From: Mycoplasmatota bacterium
GTDB lineage: Bacteria; Bacillota_I; Bacilli_A; MAG-NZ
Direction of reading: 5' to 3'
Assembly (NCBI GenBank): GCA_018394315.1
Contig: CP074575.1
Coordinates: 1,706,615 to 1,770,614, forward strand
Length of the DNA: 64,000 bases
The notes under the pieces were generated by a model, which was not told the DNA's origin, made no database searches, and worked only from the letters and a program-made list of their open reading frames with translations. Positions 43,414-53,509 of this stretch are shown in pieces. The position numbers and the translations under genes are program-made. The number at the start of each line of letters is the position of its first letter. Positions within the stretch are counted from its first letter, which is position 1.

Positions 43414-43762
43414 CTTTCAGCTACATGCAACTATTTTATAGACTCAATCGATAATGTATATAAAAATGAGCCTTCACAAGGCTCTACAATAAGACTTCAG
43501 CTTATTGAAGTTATTTTAACACACTGTCGCATATTAAAACCATTACTCGAAATACACAATCAAACTCATTTTATTACATGTCTTATTGATTGTCAATTTT
43601 CGACTAAATATGATAGAAATCTATTTAGAATCTTAACTTAAATTCGATATAACTAAAAAAGGAAAGAGTTAATCCTTTCCTTTCGTGTCTATATTATAAA
43701 ACTATTGTATTACCATTTGATTTTACATGTATAGATTTTATATTAATTAACACTTACTTTCT

Positions 43763-43984
43763 TTATCTTTTTTCATTTTTTTGTTGTTCAACTAGTAATT
43801 CTTCGCCTTTTCTTACTAGTTCCTTTGTTTTTAAACCACCGAAAGTAACACCATCAAAAACTTCTTGTGCTAATTCAACATTGTTTTCTGATTGAAACTT
43901 TCTTCTTTTGTGTTCTTGAGCTACATCCATCTTATTACTTCTATTATTTTGATTTGTTTTAGATTTAGCATTCTCATTATCCAT
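43763..43984 (-). CDS. Alpha/beta-type small acid-soluble spore protein-like
   Basis: VELAQE...GGLKTKELVRKGEELL resembles SASP E-x-A-x-E and GG-x-x-TK-x-LV motifs. Confidence 0.55.
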   Translation of the reverse strand: MDNENAKSKTNQNNRSNKMDVAQEHKRRKFQSENNVELAQEVFDGVTFGGLKTKELVRKGEELLVEQQKNEKR

Positions 43985-44229
43985 AATATCACCTCATTAT
44001 ATTTTATATACCATTCACTTATTTATACAGTGTACCTAGAATTAAATTATATTGGTTTTTGTTAATCCATAATCTTTAAAACCAAGGAACTAAACATTAA
44101 TAAATCATTAATTACAGTTGCAAGTATCGCAAGAATAACTAAAACTCCAAAACTAATGTAGATATACGAAAAATATTTTTAGGTAAAAATATAATTATAG
44201 TGTAAACGAGTTATTATGAATGTAAGTCC

Positions 44230-44520
44230 AAGGACTATGGTTTTAGCATCGAATTACATTTTTAAATAAGAGGTTCTTCTTTTCCTAATCAAACGCTTAG
44301 AGATAAATTTTATGGATAGATCCAGATAGCTCAAATTGAAAGAATTAGAATCCATGATTTAAGACATTCACACGCAGCATTACTAATAAACTTAGGTGTA
44401 GATCCTTACACAATCAAGGAAAGAGTAGGACACGAGGAATTAACCACAACACTAGATACTTATGGCATTTTTACCAGGATAAGAAGCTTACATTAGTGAA
44501 CAAATTGAATGATTTGTTTC
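44230..44520 (+). pseudogene. C-terminal remnant of a tyrosine recombinase/integrase
   Basis: From 44341: RIRIHDLRHSHAALLINLGVDPYTIKERVGHEELTTTLDTYG, then a frameshift. HxLRH, (L/V)GH and catalytic Y are present. The upstream part is disrupted and the left boundary is approximate. Confidence 0.88.
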
Positions 44521-44644
44521 AGTTTTATAATTTTCTGAACAAAAATTGGATAGTTGAAAAATTTAGAGTATAAAAAAACGGCTATATTAAGCCGCTTTAC
44601 TTCTAAATGGTATAGGTACCCTACAAACCGTAGATTTTTCTTTC

Positions 44645-45010
44645 AAAGTAACCTGTAGATAGAATACAATTTGTGCAGCCGTGCGAATTTATGATGTATA
44701 GGACTGGCTGCGGCGGCTTTTGTTGCACGAGGACTAGCGTCATATCGCGAAGCGATATTAGCTACTGACGTGCACCAAAAGCTTGTTCCCAAGTAGAGAG
44801 GGTTGTGTCACAGCACTATAGTGCTAGATGAGTAGCACTCATCTATGCTTTAGCATGAGTGACACAAATCTTCTTTGTACGAGGTATCTTTACTGTGATA
44901 TGTTACGTTTAATATGGTGTATCTCTTTATACAGAGATTAGGCCGCCTGGGTTACATTGTATGTACATAGAGGGAATTCGCCCCCGCGAAAAACCCGAAT
45001 TCCCGGCGCT
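44645..45010. other. GC-rich, multi-hairpin non-coding element (ssDNA origin/oriT-like, or structured RNA)
   Basis: Many nested inverted repeats read directly (see findings). Confidence 0.6.
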
Positions 45011-45099
45011 TAATATGCTCTTTCAAATGAATAAATATTAAATACTACAATCTTGTTCTCTTCCTTCTATGTTCAGGCCAAAATAATACATATCAAATT

Positions 45100-45897
45100 T
45101 TATTCATCTCTTTTATCCTCTTTTTTTGGGCGATACTTTTTGATTAATTCTGACCACCATTTACCAATTTCAGATAATCTACTTTTACTAAATACAATTA
45201 TTCTGTTTTTATCACTTTGAAACTCCTTTACAAGTTTTAATTCCTTGTTCTCTAATGAAACACTAGATATAATCATTACCTTATTTTCAGTGGTACTTTC
45301 AATATAATACTGACTATCTGACAATTTAGATTTAATAAAATATAATGAGCCTTGATGCTCAAATGTCAATCTCGTTATAATTGAACTAAATGATTCTTTA
45401 GTAAATGTAAGAAAAATTATCATACCACTTGTTATAGAACTTGAAATTACATAATTAATTCTTTCAGAATCATCTAAAATTTTAAGAAATTGAGGATAAA
45501 ACAAACCTAATAATAAAGAGCATGAAATTATCTTCAGTAATATATTAAGGCTCAAATTCCTAGTAAGGTAAACCTTACGTTTCACTGTCATTTTCAATAC
45601 CCAGAAAGAAATAAAGGAAATACCAAAACCAAACATAATTAAATTACTTATATCTTTTGCTTCAACTTTTCTTGAATGGAGTATTAAAATCATAAAACAG
45701 AAAACTAGACTATAAATTATTATCTTTGATAATGTATTCAATAACCTTGTTATTATTTTCTCGTGTGAAGTAAGTAGATTGGCTTCAATATGATCGTAGG
45801 CAAAGTATTTGAAAATGAATCCTACCAGTATAGCTCCAAAGATTAAAAGTCTGTTGTTCTCTAAATTTAACAACTCAATTAATTGCGAAATCTCCAT
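45100..45897 (-). CDS. Hypothetical multi-pass membrane protein
   Basis: About 5 TM helices, then a soluble basic C-terminus. Confidence 0.65.
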   Translation of the reverse strand: MEISQLIELLNLENNRLLIFGAILVGFIFKYFAYDHIEANLLTSHEKIITRLLNTLSKIIIYSLVFCFMILILHSRKVEAKDISNLIMFGFGISFISFWVLKMTVKRKVYLTRNLSLNILLKIISCSLLLGLFYPQFLKILDDSERINYVISSSITSGMIIFLTFTKESFSSIITRLTFEHQGSLYFIKSKLSDSQYYIESTTENKVMIISSVSLENKELKLVKEFQSDKNRIIVFSKSRLSEIGKWWSELIKKYRPKKEDKRDE

Positions 45898-46049
45898 AAA
45901 TCCCCCTTTTTCTTAAATTATAACACAGGAGTCTTTTAAATTCCTTTTCATGAAGAACGTTGATATAACTTTTTCGAACCATTATGAAAAAGGGTCCGTA
46001 TCTCTTATTACTATGTTCACACTATTTTGTTATACAATTCATGCAAATC

Positions 46050-46088
46050 AAAAACCTCCCAATAATAAATAATTATTTGGAGGTTTTG
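46050..46088 (-). terminator. Terminator-like hairpin after the radical SAM gene
   Basis: AAAACCTCC...GGAGGTTTT. Confidence 0.55.
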
Positions 46089-46196
46089 TGCCTAATCAGT
46101 CATTTTTTCCTACAATCGTTTTAATTACACGTTGTAGTTGTATTTTTGCTTATCAGTTATAATGTAAACTTACTGGTACATTTATGAACCACTAAC

Positions 46197-47411
46197 TCAT
46201 TCCTCATACTCCATCATTTGCAAGTAATCTGTTAGTGTATAACTATAGCTACTATTAACATAAGTGATTCCGTTTTGATCAAATGTTCCTAATGTTAATG
46301 TATTACTATTAACATCCATTTTAGTGTTCTTTAATAGTGATAATGGATACACTACGTGCCTCTTGCAATTATTCCTTTTCATCCATTCGAAGATAGCTTC
46401 ATAGGACTCACACGTTTCACCAGGTAAACCTCTAATGATTGATAATTCATAATCAATGTCAAATTCATTGAGGTTTCTAATAACGTACTCAATTGAAGTG
46501 AAATCATTAACTCTTTCTACGTTGTCTAAAACTTGTCTAGAAATACTTTGAAGTCCAAATTCCAAGGTACAGTTAATTTCGGCGAGTTTCTCAAGAAGTC
46601 CTTCGCTCTTTTTAATCAAGTTATAGAATATTTCAAACTTCATCTGAAAACTTATGATAGGTTTAAAATTAATAGATAATAAGTACTCTAATATCTCTAA
46701 ATAATTTTTAATACTGAAAATCGGATCAATAATATTTACCTTTTGGACATTTATTTCATTCAAGTATCTAAGTTCTAACTTTACTTTCTCTATGTCATGG
46801 CAAGTAATTTTACTATGATCATTGCTTTTATAGGAGCAAAACGAACAGTTTGCAGGGCATCCTCTTTTTGTTTCAATTCTAACTACTGAATTATCATTTA
46901 TATCAATGATTCCATTGCTGTAAATACATGGAATCATTTTATTATCCACTTCTTTAGAATAAACTTTATCATCACTTTTACTAGTTAGTATTTCTAGCAA
47001 TGATTCCTCCGCAAATCCTATAATAAACTTATCTACTTTTGAATATTGATTAATCAGAGAATCTACTGTTCTACTTCCTACTTCGTAGCCCCCCGCTATA
47101 ATCTGAGTAAGTGGATTGTTACTCTTAACCAAATCAATTATATTGTCAATGAATCTCATAGACCAGGAGTAAAAGGAAATGCACACAAAATCATAGTTAC
47201 TTACTAGCATTTTATTCAATGCAGCTAATTGATCGAATATAATTGTGTATTCACTATTCATATTAAAAGAAAAGGCATCTATATTAATAGGCTTTATATT
47301 TTCTTTCAAATACGATTCGAGTGTAGCAACTGCTACACTCTTTATCGGTTTATTTATTTCGTGGAAATCAAATGTTACAAAAAGTACATTTTTGATATCG
47401 TTGTTAATCAT
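46197..47411 (-). CDS. B12-binding-domain radical SAM protein
   Basis: N-terminal ISFYSW...IIAGGYEV cobalamin-binding-like fold, IETKRGCPANCSFC (CxxxCxxC), EFGLQS, IRGLPGET. Confidence 0.85.
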   Translation of the reverse strand: MINNDIKNVLFVTFDFHEINKPIKSVAVATLESYLKENIKPINIDAFSFNMNSEYTIIFDQLAALNKMLVSNYDFVCISFYSWSMRFIDNIIDLVKSNNPLTQIIAGGYEVGSRTVDSLINQYSKVDKFIIGFAEESLLEILTSKSDDKVYSKEVDNKMIPCIYSNGIIDINDNSVVRIETKRGCPANCSFCSYKSNDHSKITCHDIEKVKLELRYLNEINVQKVNIIDPIFSIKNYLEILEYLLSINFKPIISFQMKFEIFYNLIKKSEGLLEKLAEINCTLEFGLQSISRQVLDNVERVNDFTSIEYVIRNLNEFDIDYELSIIRGLPGETCESYEAIFEWMKRNNCKRHVVYPLSLLKNTKMDVNSNTLTLGTFDQNGITYVNSSYSYTLTDYLQMMEYEE

Positions 47412-47715
47412 TGCTCACTATCTTATAACAGTTCTTTGATATTCTACGTGCCTTAAACCTCTTGCCATTAGCTTTCCAATGCGGGAAATCATCACCCTTC
47501 TCATCATTAGTTAATACATGATTAGCAATCTTATTACACATTTTATCTGTTCCACCATCAGATATTGGTCTTATATGATCAATATTCCAAGAATACTTAC
47601 TGCTTCTATTATTATAAGCAGACTTCTTCATCAATCTTCCACTGTAGTCACGACACTCATTTCTATTTCCACAAGTATTGTTCCAAACTTCTTCTTTATT
47701 GTTGTTTTTAGCCAT
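47404..47715 (-). CDS. HNH endonuclease
   Basis: WNIDHIRPISDGGTD...N...H..TNDEKGD. Confidence 0.85.
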   Translation of the reverse strand: MAKNNNKEEVWNNTCGNRNECRDYSGRLMKKSAYNNRSSKYSWNIDHIRPISDGGTDKMCNKIANHVLTNDEKGDDFPHWKANGKRFKARRISKNCYKIVSND

Positions 47716-47768
47716 TATAATTCTCCTCTATATTAGTGTGACGAAGTCACTCATATAAAGAATCAAGA

Positions 47769-47791
47769 AAAACCCAAGAAACTTGGGTTTT
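47769..47791 (-). terminator. Intrinsic terminator in the leader upstream of the HNH gene
   Basis: AAAACCCAAG-AAA-CTTGGGTTTT. Confidence 0.65.
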
Positions 47792-47912
47792 GCTATTCAA
47801 CCATGCATATAGATATTGCTATCATACTATCAACTCCTACAAATCTTTAGTTAATGAGGACTCCGTCCGTATAACATTTATTTATAGAAGTTATGTTTAA
47901 TTATACCATATT

Positions 47913-49739
47913 TTAGTAAATCTGTAAATCTTGGAATGCGTTATCTATTGCAGAGCGTAGTTTTTTAGATAATTTTATAGGTTTTTCATTATTGAAGAAT
48001 GAATCTATCTTCTTACATTTAATTTTCGGTTCTTTTTTATCACCACTTCTTTTACAAAGAAACCTGATATCAGTGTTTGACATAACGTCTTCAATCTCAT
48101 CCACATCACCTATAAAATAGATATTATGTTCATATTCTTTTAATAATGTCTTTCCTAACTCGAATTTAGCCAACTCATATTTGTCTTTATCAAGGATAGC
48201 ACTAAATGAGAGATTATTCTTTATGCAAAAGTCAATTATGCTGATTGCTCCATTACCGGAACCATCAACGAAATTAAATCTATCCACGTCGACATTATGA
48301 ACATGTTTCATAAACGAGCGATATAAACATAAATCATTACAACTTTCCGCAACAAAGATACGTTTGTTACTGAATAGTAGCAACTCACCAGCAGTGATTT
48401 TATCTAGAAAATAAGTATCATCAGTTTCTAATTTCTTAACATCAATGCTCATACCATCAGTGACCAAATAGTTATTAATGTCTCTTCCAAAATTAATCAT
48501 GAAATTTGAGTGTGTCGTATATACAACTTTTACCTCTCTTTCATTTAAATACCTAAATACTTTGAATAAGTTGTTCTGCATAATGGGATTTAAATACATT
48601 CCGGGTTCATCTATTAATATAGTATTTTTATTAAGATCTTTAACACATTCTGCAAATCGGATAACCCACTTCTCTCCATCACTATACTTCTCAAATGGTT
48701 TTGCTTCAGAAATCTTGATTCCAATTAAACTCGAAATTTCCTTAATAGATTCATAGTCAACTTCCTCTTTACGAGGGTATCTATCCCATGGTACTACTGG
48801 GAGATATTTAATTTTGTCATCATAATCTGAAATGATATCTATTAATACTTTCTTGAAACTCTTTACATCATTTTCAATTTCATAGAAATTATCGTCAAAC
48901 CTCATAACTTCTTCTTGAGTCTCACGATAAGAATTATTGGCTTTGTCTAATAACTTTACAAGATCATTAAATTTCATATTTAATGTCTTAACATAGTCAC
49001 GAATTCCTTCAACATCAATCTCTATTCCATCTATATCGATAGTACAATCCTTGTAGTTTCTAATGAATTGCTCAATGTTTCTAGTATCTACAAACTCCTT
49101 GTTACCATGATAGTAGATTGTTTCTAAATTATTCATTAAGTCAGGGTCAAACAAATCAAATGTTTCTTTATTAAATTTAATCAGTAAATCACTAATGCGG
49201 TCATTCTCAAAAAAATTTAGTAGTGGACTTAAATCTTGTTTTGTGAAGGTGAAGTTATTAAACAAAGGACTGTGTTGGAACTCGTTTCTCCCAAAGTCAA
49301 TATTAATTTTATCCTGATACTTTTTAATACTACTTACCGCACTTTTAATGTTTAAACTAATCTCTGTAATATCCTTATTACATTCACTCAATTTTTCTTC
49401 TATTCTACTAGAAAATTTTTCTGCTCCTTTAATACTGAAAATCTCTTGACGTCTCCAACTATAATTTGTTTTTATTTTTACTATAACCTTATCCTTAAGT
49501 TTATATTTAGATAATTCCGGATACTTTTGAGTATCGAGTTCATATTCTTTGATAACATCACCCTTAGGAAAATCATATAAATTACTACCGCTAAGGAATA
49601 GAGCTTCCAAAATACTTGTTTTACCTACTCCATTCTCTCCGACGATACAGATATTATTTGCACCAAGATCCAACGATATATTTTCAAGTTTCTTATATTT
49701 TTCTATAAATGCGCTCTTCAACTTTACTGGATTACTCAT
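47913..49739 (-). CDS. OLD-family-like ABC ATPase with C-terminal TOPRIM-like nuclease domain
   Basis: GENGVGKT, YSDGEKW signature, ILIDEP, YTTHS. TOPRIM-like FVAESCND...ILDKD...EIEDV. ATG overlaps the upstream stop. Confidence 0.78.
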   Translation of the reverse strand: MSNPVKLKSAFIEKYKKLENISLDLGANNICIVGENGVGKTSILEALFLSGSNLYDFPKGDVIKEYELDTQKYPELSKYKLKDKVIVKIKTNYSWRRQEIFSIKGAEKFSSRIEEKLSECNKDITEISLNIKSAVSSIKKYQDKINIDFGRNEFQHSPLFNNFTFTKQDLSPLLNFFENDRISDLLIKFNKETFDLFDPDLMNNLETIYYHGNKEFVDTRNIEQFIRNYKDCTIDIDGIEIDVEGIRDYVKTLNMKFNDLVKLLDKANNSYRETQEEVMRFDDNFYEIENDVKSFKKVLIDIISDYDDKIKYLPVVPWDRYPRKEEVDYESIKEISSLIGIKISEAKPFEKYSDGEKWVIRFAECVKDLNKNTILIDEPGMYLNPIMQNNLFKVFRYLNEREVKVVYTTHSNFMINFGRDINNYLVTDGMSIDVKKLETDDTYFLDKITAGELLLFSNKRIFVAESCNDLCLYRSFMKHVHNVDVDRFNFVDGSGNGAISIIDFCIKNNLSFSAILDKDKYELAKFELGKTLLKEYEHNIYFIGDVDEIEDVMSNTDIRFLCKRSGDKKEPKIKCKKIDSFFNNEKPIKLSKKLRSAIDNAFQDLQIY

Positions 49740-51753
49740 TGTTTTCCTCCTTTTCAAAGAATACTGATAACTTCTTTAAACTCGGATTTGCGAGAAAATA
49801 CTTACTAATCTTATCAAAGTTAATAAATTTGTCTTTAGGAAAAGCAACTTCAAACTTCTCTAATCTCTTAGAATCCACTATGGTACTATATTTTACCGAG
49901 TAGTCATCAATCACTAGTGTTACTTTCTGGTACTTTCCTATATCCTGAAATATTGTTGCAAATTCAATATCTATTTCTAATCCTAATTCTAATATCTTTT
50001 TTCTAATCTGTGCTGGAATAAATACTATTGAGGTAGTACCCTTAATAATTATATTTCTTAACTGATTCAATCCAAAGTTCTCTGATACTAGAGAACTGTT
50101 AATTGCATCAAAACTCTTTATTTTAGTCTCTCCATCATCTGTAGTGAGACTAATAATGCTTGCACCGTCATCTTCTTCTGGTAATAGTAATGGGGAATGT
50201 GTTGTATAAATCACCTTTTGATCTAAATTCATTAACTCATACATAATCTCCTTCTGAGCTTTCAAATGCAAAAAACTCGCCGGTTCATCAATAAAGAGTA
50301 AATTGTCCCCTTCAAGTTGATTTGCTAATATCTTGTAAGAGATATACCATTGTCTTCCAGATGATGTTTCGCTTAAAAGCGTATTACTTTCTCTACCTTT
50401 TTCTAAGAATGAAATTTCCACTTTATCATCTTCGTTGGAAATATTAAATTCCTTAATATTTCCCCTATCAAAATCCGGAACATCCTCATTAAGAATTTCC
50501 AATACCTTCTCAAGCATTATTTCTCTCTTATATTGATATAGTAAACCACTAAACCCTGATTCAAAATCACTGACTATATGTCTGTTGTAAATTACATCCT
50601 TTATTTTTTGAAGATATATTTCTTGATTGTCTTGCAAGAGTTTATATTCTTTCATCTCAGAGATTGGAATTCCATTGTCTTTATACTCTTCTATTGTATT
50701 CTCATTAGAATCCTCAAATATGTGTAACTCTATTAAATTAAAAATATATTTATCATCTAATTTGTTCTCGATTATATCATCTTGATATCTACTATATAAT
50801 ACTCTATAAATTTCATCACTAATAAATAGTAACGTAGAATCTAACAATTGCTTACTTAATCTTTGTTGATGGTTTTGACTGGTAGATAAAAACAGAACTT
50901 TCTTTTGCAAGTTCTTATCTATATAGGATCTAAGTCCTTCGTGATTTGTGAATAAAGCATGGAATTTAGTGTGTAGTTGATTTATTTGACTGAATACCTC
51001 ATAGATATCTTCATCAAACTTCTTATTATCGCTTATAAACTTATCTGCCAAAATCTGGAATCTCGATTCTCCTAGTGTAATAAAATCACCCAGAAAGGAT
51101 TTTATGTCCGAGTATTCATTTCCGGAGTTTTTGTAATCATAAAAAAGACTTCCTGAATAAGAGACATCAAATCTAGGACTATAGCCTGATCTATCACTCC
51201 TGCATAAACTTTGATCATTCACATATTCTTCTCTCTTATCAAATATACTTTCTACACATCTTCTGTAAAGGTAATCCTCACTATACCTTGTAGGAACCGT
51301 ATGATCAAAATATTCATTTTCCTCCAAGTATTTAGTAAACATTTTCAAGTAATCATATCTTAAATCAATGAATCGTGAATTGAGTTCATTAATTCTCATG
51401 CCAACTAAGTCAAACTCTTTAGGAATAGAATTAGAAGATATATTGTGTTTATAATCTTGAATAGAGTTATCTACATAAAACGTAGCATTTTCCTCAGAAT
51501 AAACTAGCTGTGAAAAAAACATATCAAATTCCTCTTTATTTAGCTTAACCTTAATAAGATACTGTATAGGTTCCAACTTAAATTCTCTAGAGTCGTAACT
51601 TCTCCCTGTAAGTATTCGCTCAAGTATTCTTAATAATGTTGTCTTACCAACACCATTTTTACCTATAACGCATAATTTACTCTTATCAAAAACGATTTTT
51701 TGATTCACAATATTCAATTTCTCGTATGTTAGGTCAATTTCTAATATATTCAT
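49732..51753 (-). CDS. ABC/AAA ATPase (OLD/AbiEii-like) with degenerate C-terminal domain
   Basis: GKNGVGKTT, SSGRQW, LFIDEPASFLH, YTTHSP, long helical insert. Confidence 0.78.
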   Translation of the reverse strand: MNILEIDLTYEKLNIVNQKIVFDKSKLCVIGKNGVGKTTLLRILERILTGRSYDSREFKLEPIQYLIKVKLNKEEFDMFFSQLVYSEENATFYVDNSIQDYKHNISSNSIPKEFDLVGMRINELNSRFIDLRYDYLKMFTKYLEENEYFDHTVPTRYSEDYLYRRCVESIFDKREEYVNDQSLCRSDRSGYSPRFDVSYSGSLFYDYKNSGNEYSDIKSFLGDFITLGESRFQILADKFISDNKKFDEDIYEVFSQINQLHTKFHALFTNHEGLRSYIDKNLQKKVLFLSTSQNHQQRLSKQLLDSTLLFISDEIYRVLYSRYQDDIIENKLDDKYIFNLIELHIFEDSNENTIEEYKDNGIPISEMKEYKLLQDNQEIYLQKIKDVIYNRHIVSDFESGFSGLLYQYKREIMLEKVLEILNEDVPDFDRGNIKEFNISNEDDKVEISFLEKGRESNTLLSETSSGRQWYISYKILANQLEGDNLLFIDEPASFLHLKAQKEIMYELMNLDQKVIYTTHSPLLLPEEDDGASIISLTTDDGETKIKSFDAINSSLVSENFGLNQLRNIIIKGTTSIVFIPAQIRKKILELGLEIDIEFATIFQDIGKYQKVTLVIDDYSVKYSTIVDSKRLEKFEVAFPKDKFINFDKISKYFLANPSLKKLSVFFEKEENNE

Positions 51754-51811
51754 TATTTACCCCTCATAAAAATTCATTTAGCATTGTAAGTACATGTCAT
51801 ATGAATTTCTG

Positions 51812-52555
51812 TTAGTATAATCGCCATTTTTCCTCATTTGGATAATATACTTCACCATACTTGGCTTGTCCTTTTCTCATTTGAATATACCCCATAACCG
51901 GCTTATTGTGTGAAACATAATATACAGAAATATATCTTAGATCCGGGCTAAGAGGATCATCATTTGTAATCTTTATTCTTTTATTTTGTTCTGGTTTTTC
52001 TCTCCATAATTCATAAACAGTTTTATATCTCTTCTTCTTATTACTCATAACATTATTGTTCATAGAGACTTCTTTATTTTGAATATTTTCATTTGCTACA
52101 GTATTTGTGTTGTGAAGAGATGGAATAGTCGATGAATGGTTAACTGATAATCGCTCATAACGTTCTTTCTTCACTCGATGTGAATTTGAAGAACTAAATA
52201 TCTCAGATACTATGGAAATAATCAATAGAATTCCAATACCACTCCCGATATATTTTGTCGCAGGTAACGAAATAATATAATCTATAAATTCGACAATTTT
52301 TACTGTTAACCATATTAAAAAAGACGTAATTATCACATATAAATACAACCTACTTCTCCCACCCTCTGAAACTGTATTAATTAGTTTTATAGAGTATAAC
52401 CATCCGACAACCGCAAATGCTGCTCTCGCTGCCACTGTTGAGATGACAAATAATAAAATTTTATCAAAAAAAACTACCCCACTAATAACTACTAGTCCAA
52501 AAACATGTCCCAAGAGGAATTTTTTTATACTGAATTGATTCATAAAATACCTCAC
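51812..52555 (-). CDS. Hypothetical protein with 4 TM helices and a basic soluble C-terminus
   Basis: Hydrophobic N-terminal half. No family recognised. Confidence 0.6.
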   Translation of the reverse strand: MRYFMNQFSIKKFLLGHVFGLVVISGVVFFDKILLFVISTVAARAAFAVVGWLYSIKLINTVSEGGRSRLYLYVIITSFLIWLTVKIVEFIDYIISLPATKYIGSGIGILLIISIVSEIFSSSNSHRVKKERYERLSVNHSSTIPSLHNTNTVANENIQNKEVSMNNNVMSNKKKRYKTVYELWREKPEQNKRIKITNDDPLSPDLRYISVYYVSHNKPVMGYIQMRKGQAKYGEVYYPNEEKWRLY

Positions 52556-52588
52556 TTTTGTTAATCATCCTACCCTTGCTAGAGAAAT

Positions 52589-53341
52589 CTAATACCCAAT
52601 TATCTCTTTTGAAACTTTTTCAATAATATCTGTCGATATTTGATTTATGTTTAATGTGTAAACTATATTAAGTCTTGGGTTAAAAATACCGATATTTCTC
52701 ACTAAGTCAAAATCAGAATGTATAGATTTTTTCCCCATTAAGTAATACATCAGAAGTTGTAAGGTATGTTTATTTGTTGGTTTGTTTTTTGATACTTTCA
52801 TATCCCACAATGTATCACGCGTTACAAAATCTCCATCTCCAGTTGAAACAATATCAGTATATCCACCTTCAAATGTAGGAGAATCTAAAATTACCGGTCC
52901 ATATTTTTCAAAGAAAGCTATACTTCTATTAACCATAATTCTAACATTTTCAATTGTTAATTCATCAGGATTAATTATATCTACACCTCTAAAAAAGGTT
53001 TTACCTGCCCTAAATACAACATCATAACCTACTAACTTGCAAGCACTTCTAATTGATTCGTTGTCCAGGCCCTTAATACTCAATAGCAAATATTTTGCGT
53101 TTTCCATTTCATCTGCTGAATGTGCTCCCATTATAGAGATTCTAAAAGCATCAGTTAATTCACTACCTAATAACGCTCGAGTCAAATAATCTACAGCAAG
53201 GCCAATTAATGACGCATGAATATTTTCACTTTCATTAAGCAATTTTCCGTCATTAATACGATCAACACCAAAGATTTTTGGATTAATATAACCTCCTCTT
53301 GGTTGCTTTATTGTCTTTATTCTTTGTGTCACTGAATACAT
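52589..53341 (-). CDS. PD-(D/E)XK (RecB-like) nuclease
   Basis: GDGDF...LWDMKVS...LQLLMYY: D...DxK plus QxxxY. Confidence 0.7.
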   Translation of the reverse strand: MYSVTQRIKTIKQPRGGYINPKIFGVDRINDGKLLNESENIHASLIGLAVDYLTRALLGSELTDAFRISIMGAHSADEMENAKYLLLSIKGLDNESIRSACKLVGYDVVFRAGKTFFRGVDIINPDELTIENVRIMVNRSIAFFEKYGPVILDSPTFEGGYTDIVSTGDGDFVTRDTLWDMKVSKNKPTNKHTLQLLMYYLMGKKSIHSDFDLVRNIGIFNPRLNIVYTLNINQISTDIIEKVSKEIIGY

Positions 53342-53509
53342 GATTATCCCTCCATTACTATATATAAATTACACTGTAATTCATCAGTACAATGCATTAG
53401 AAACACTCAATTTAGTGGCAAATAATTGTTCTTTGAATGGTATTATATGATAATTCTAACTCTTTAGGAATTAATAGTTGTTTATCGTAAGAACTTTGTA
53501 CGATATTAA

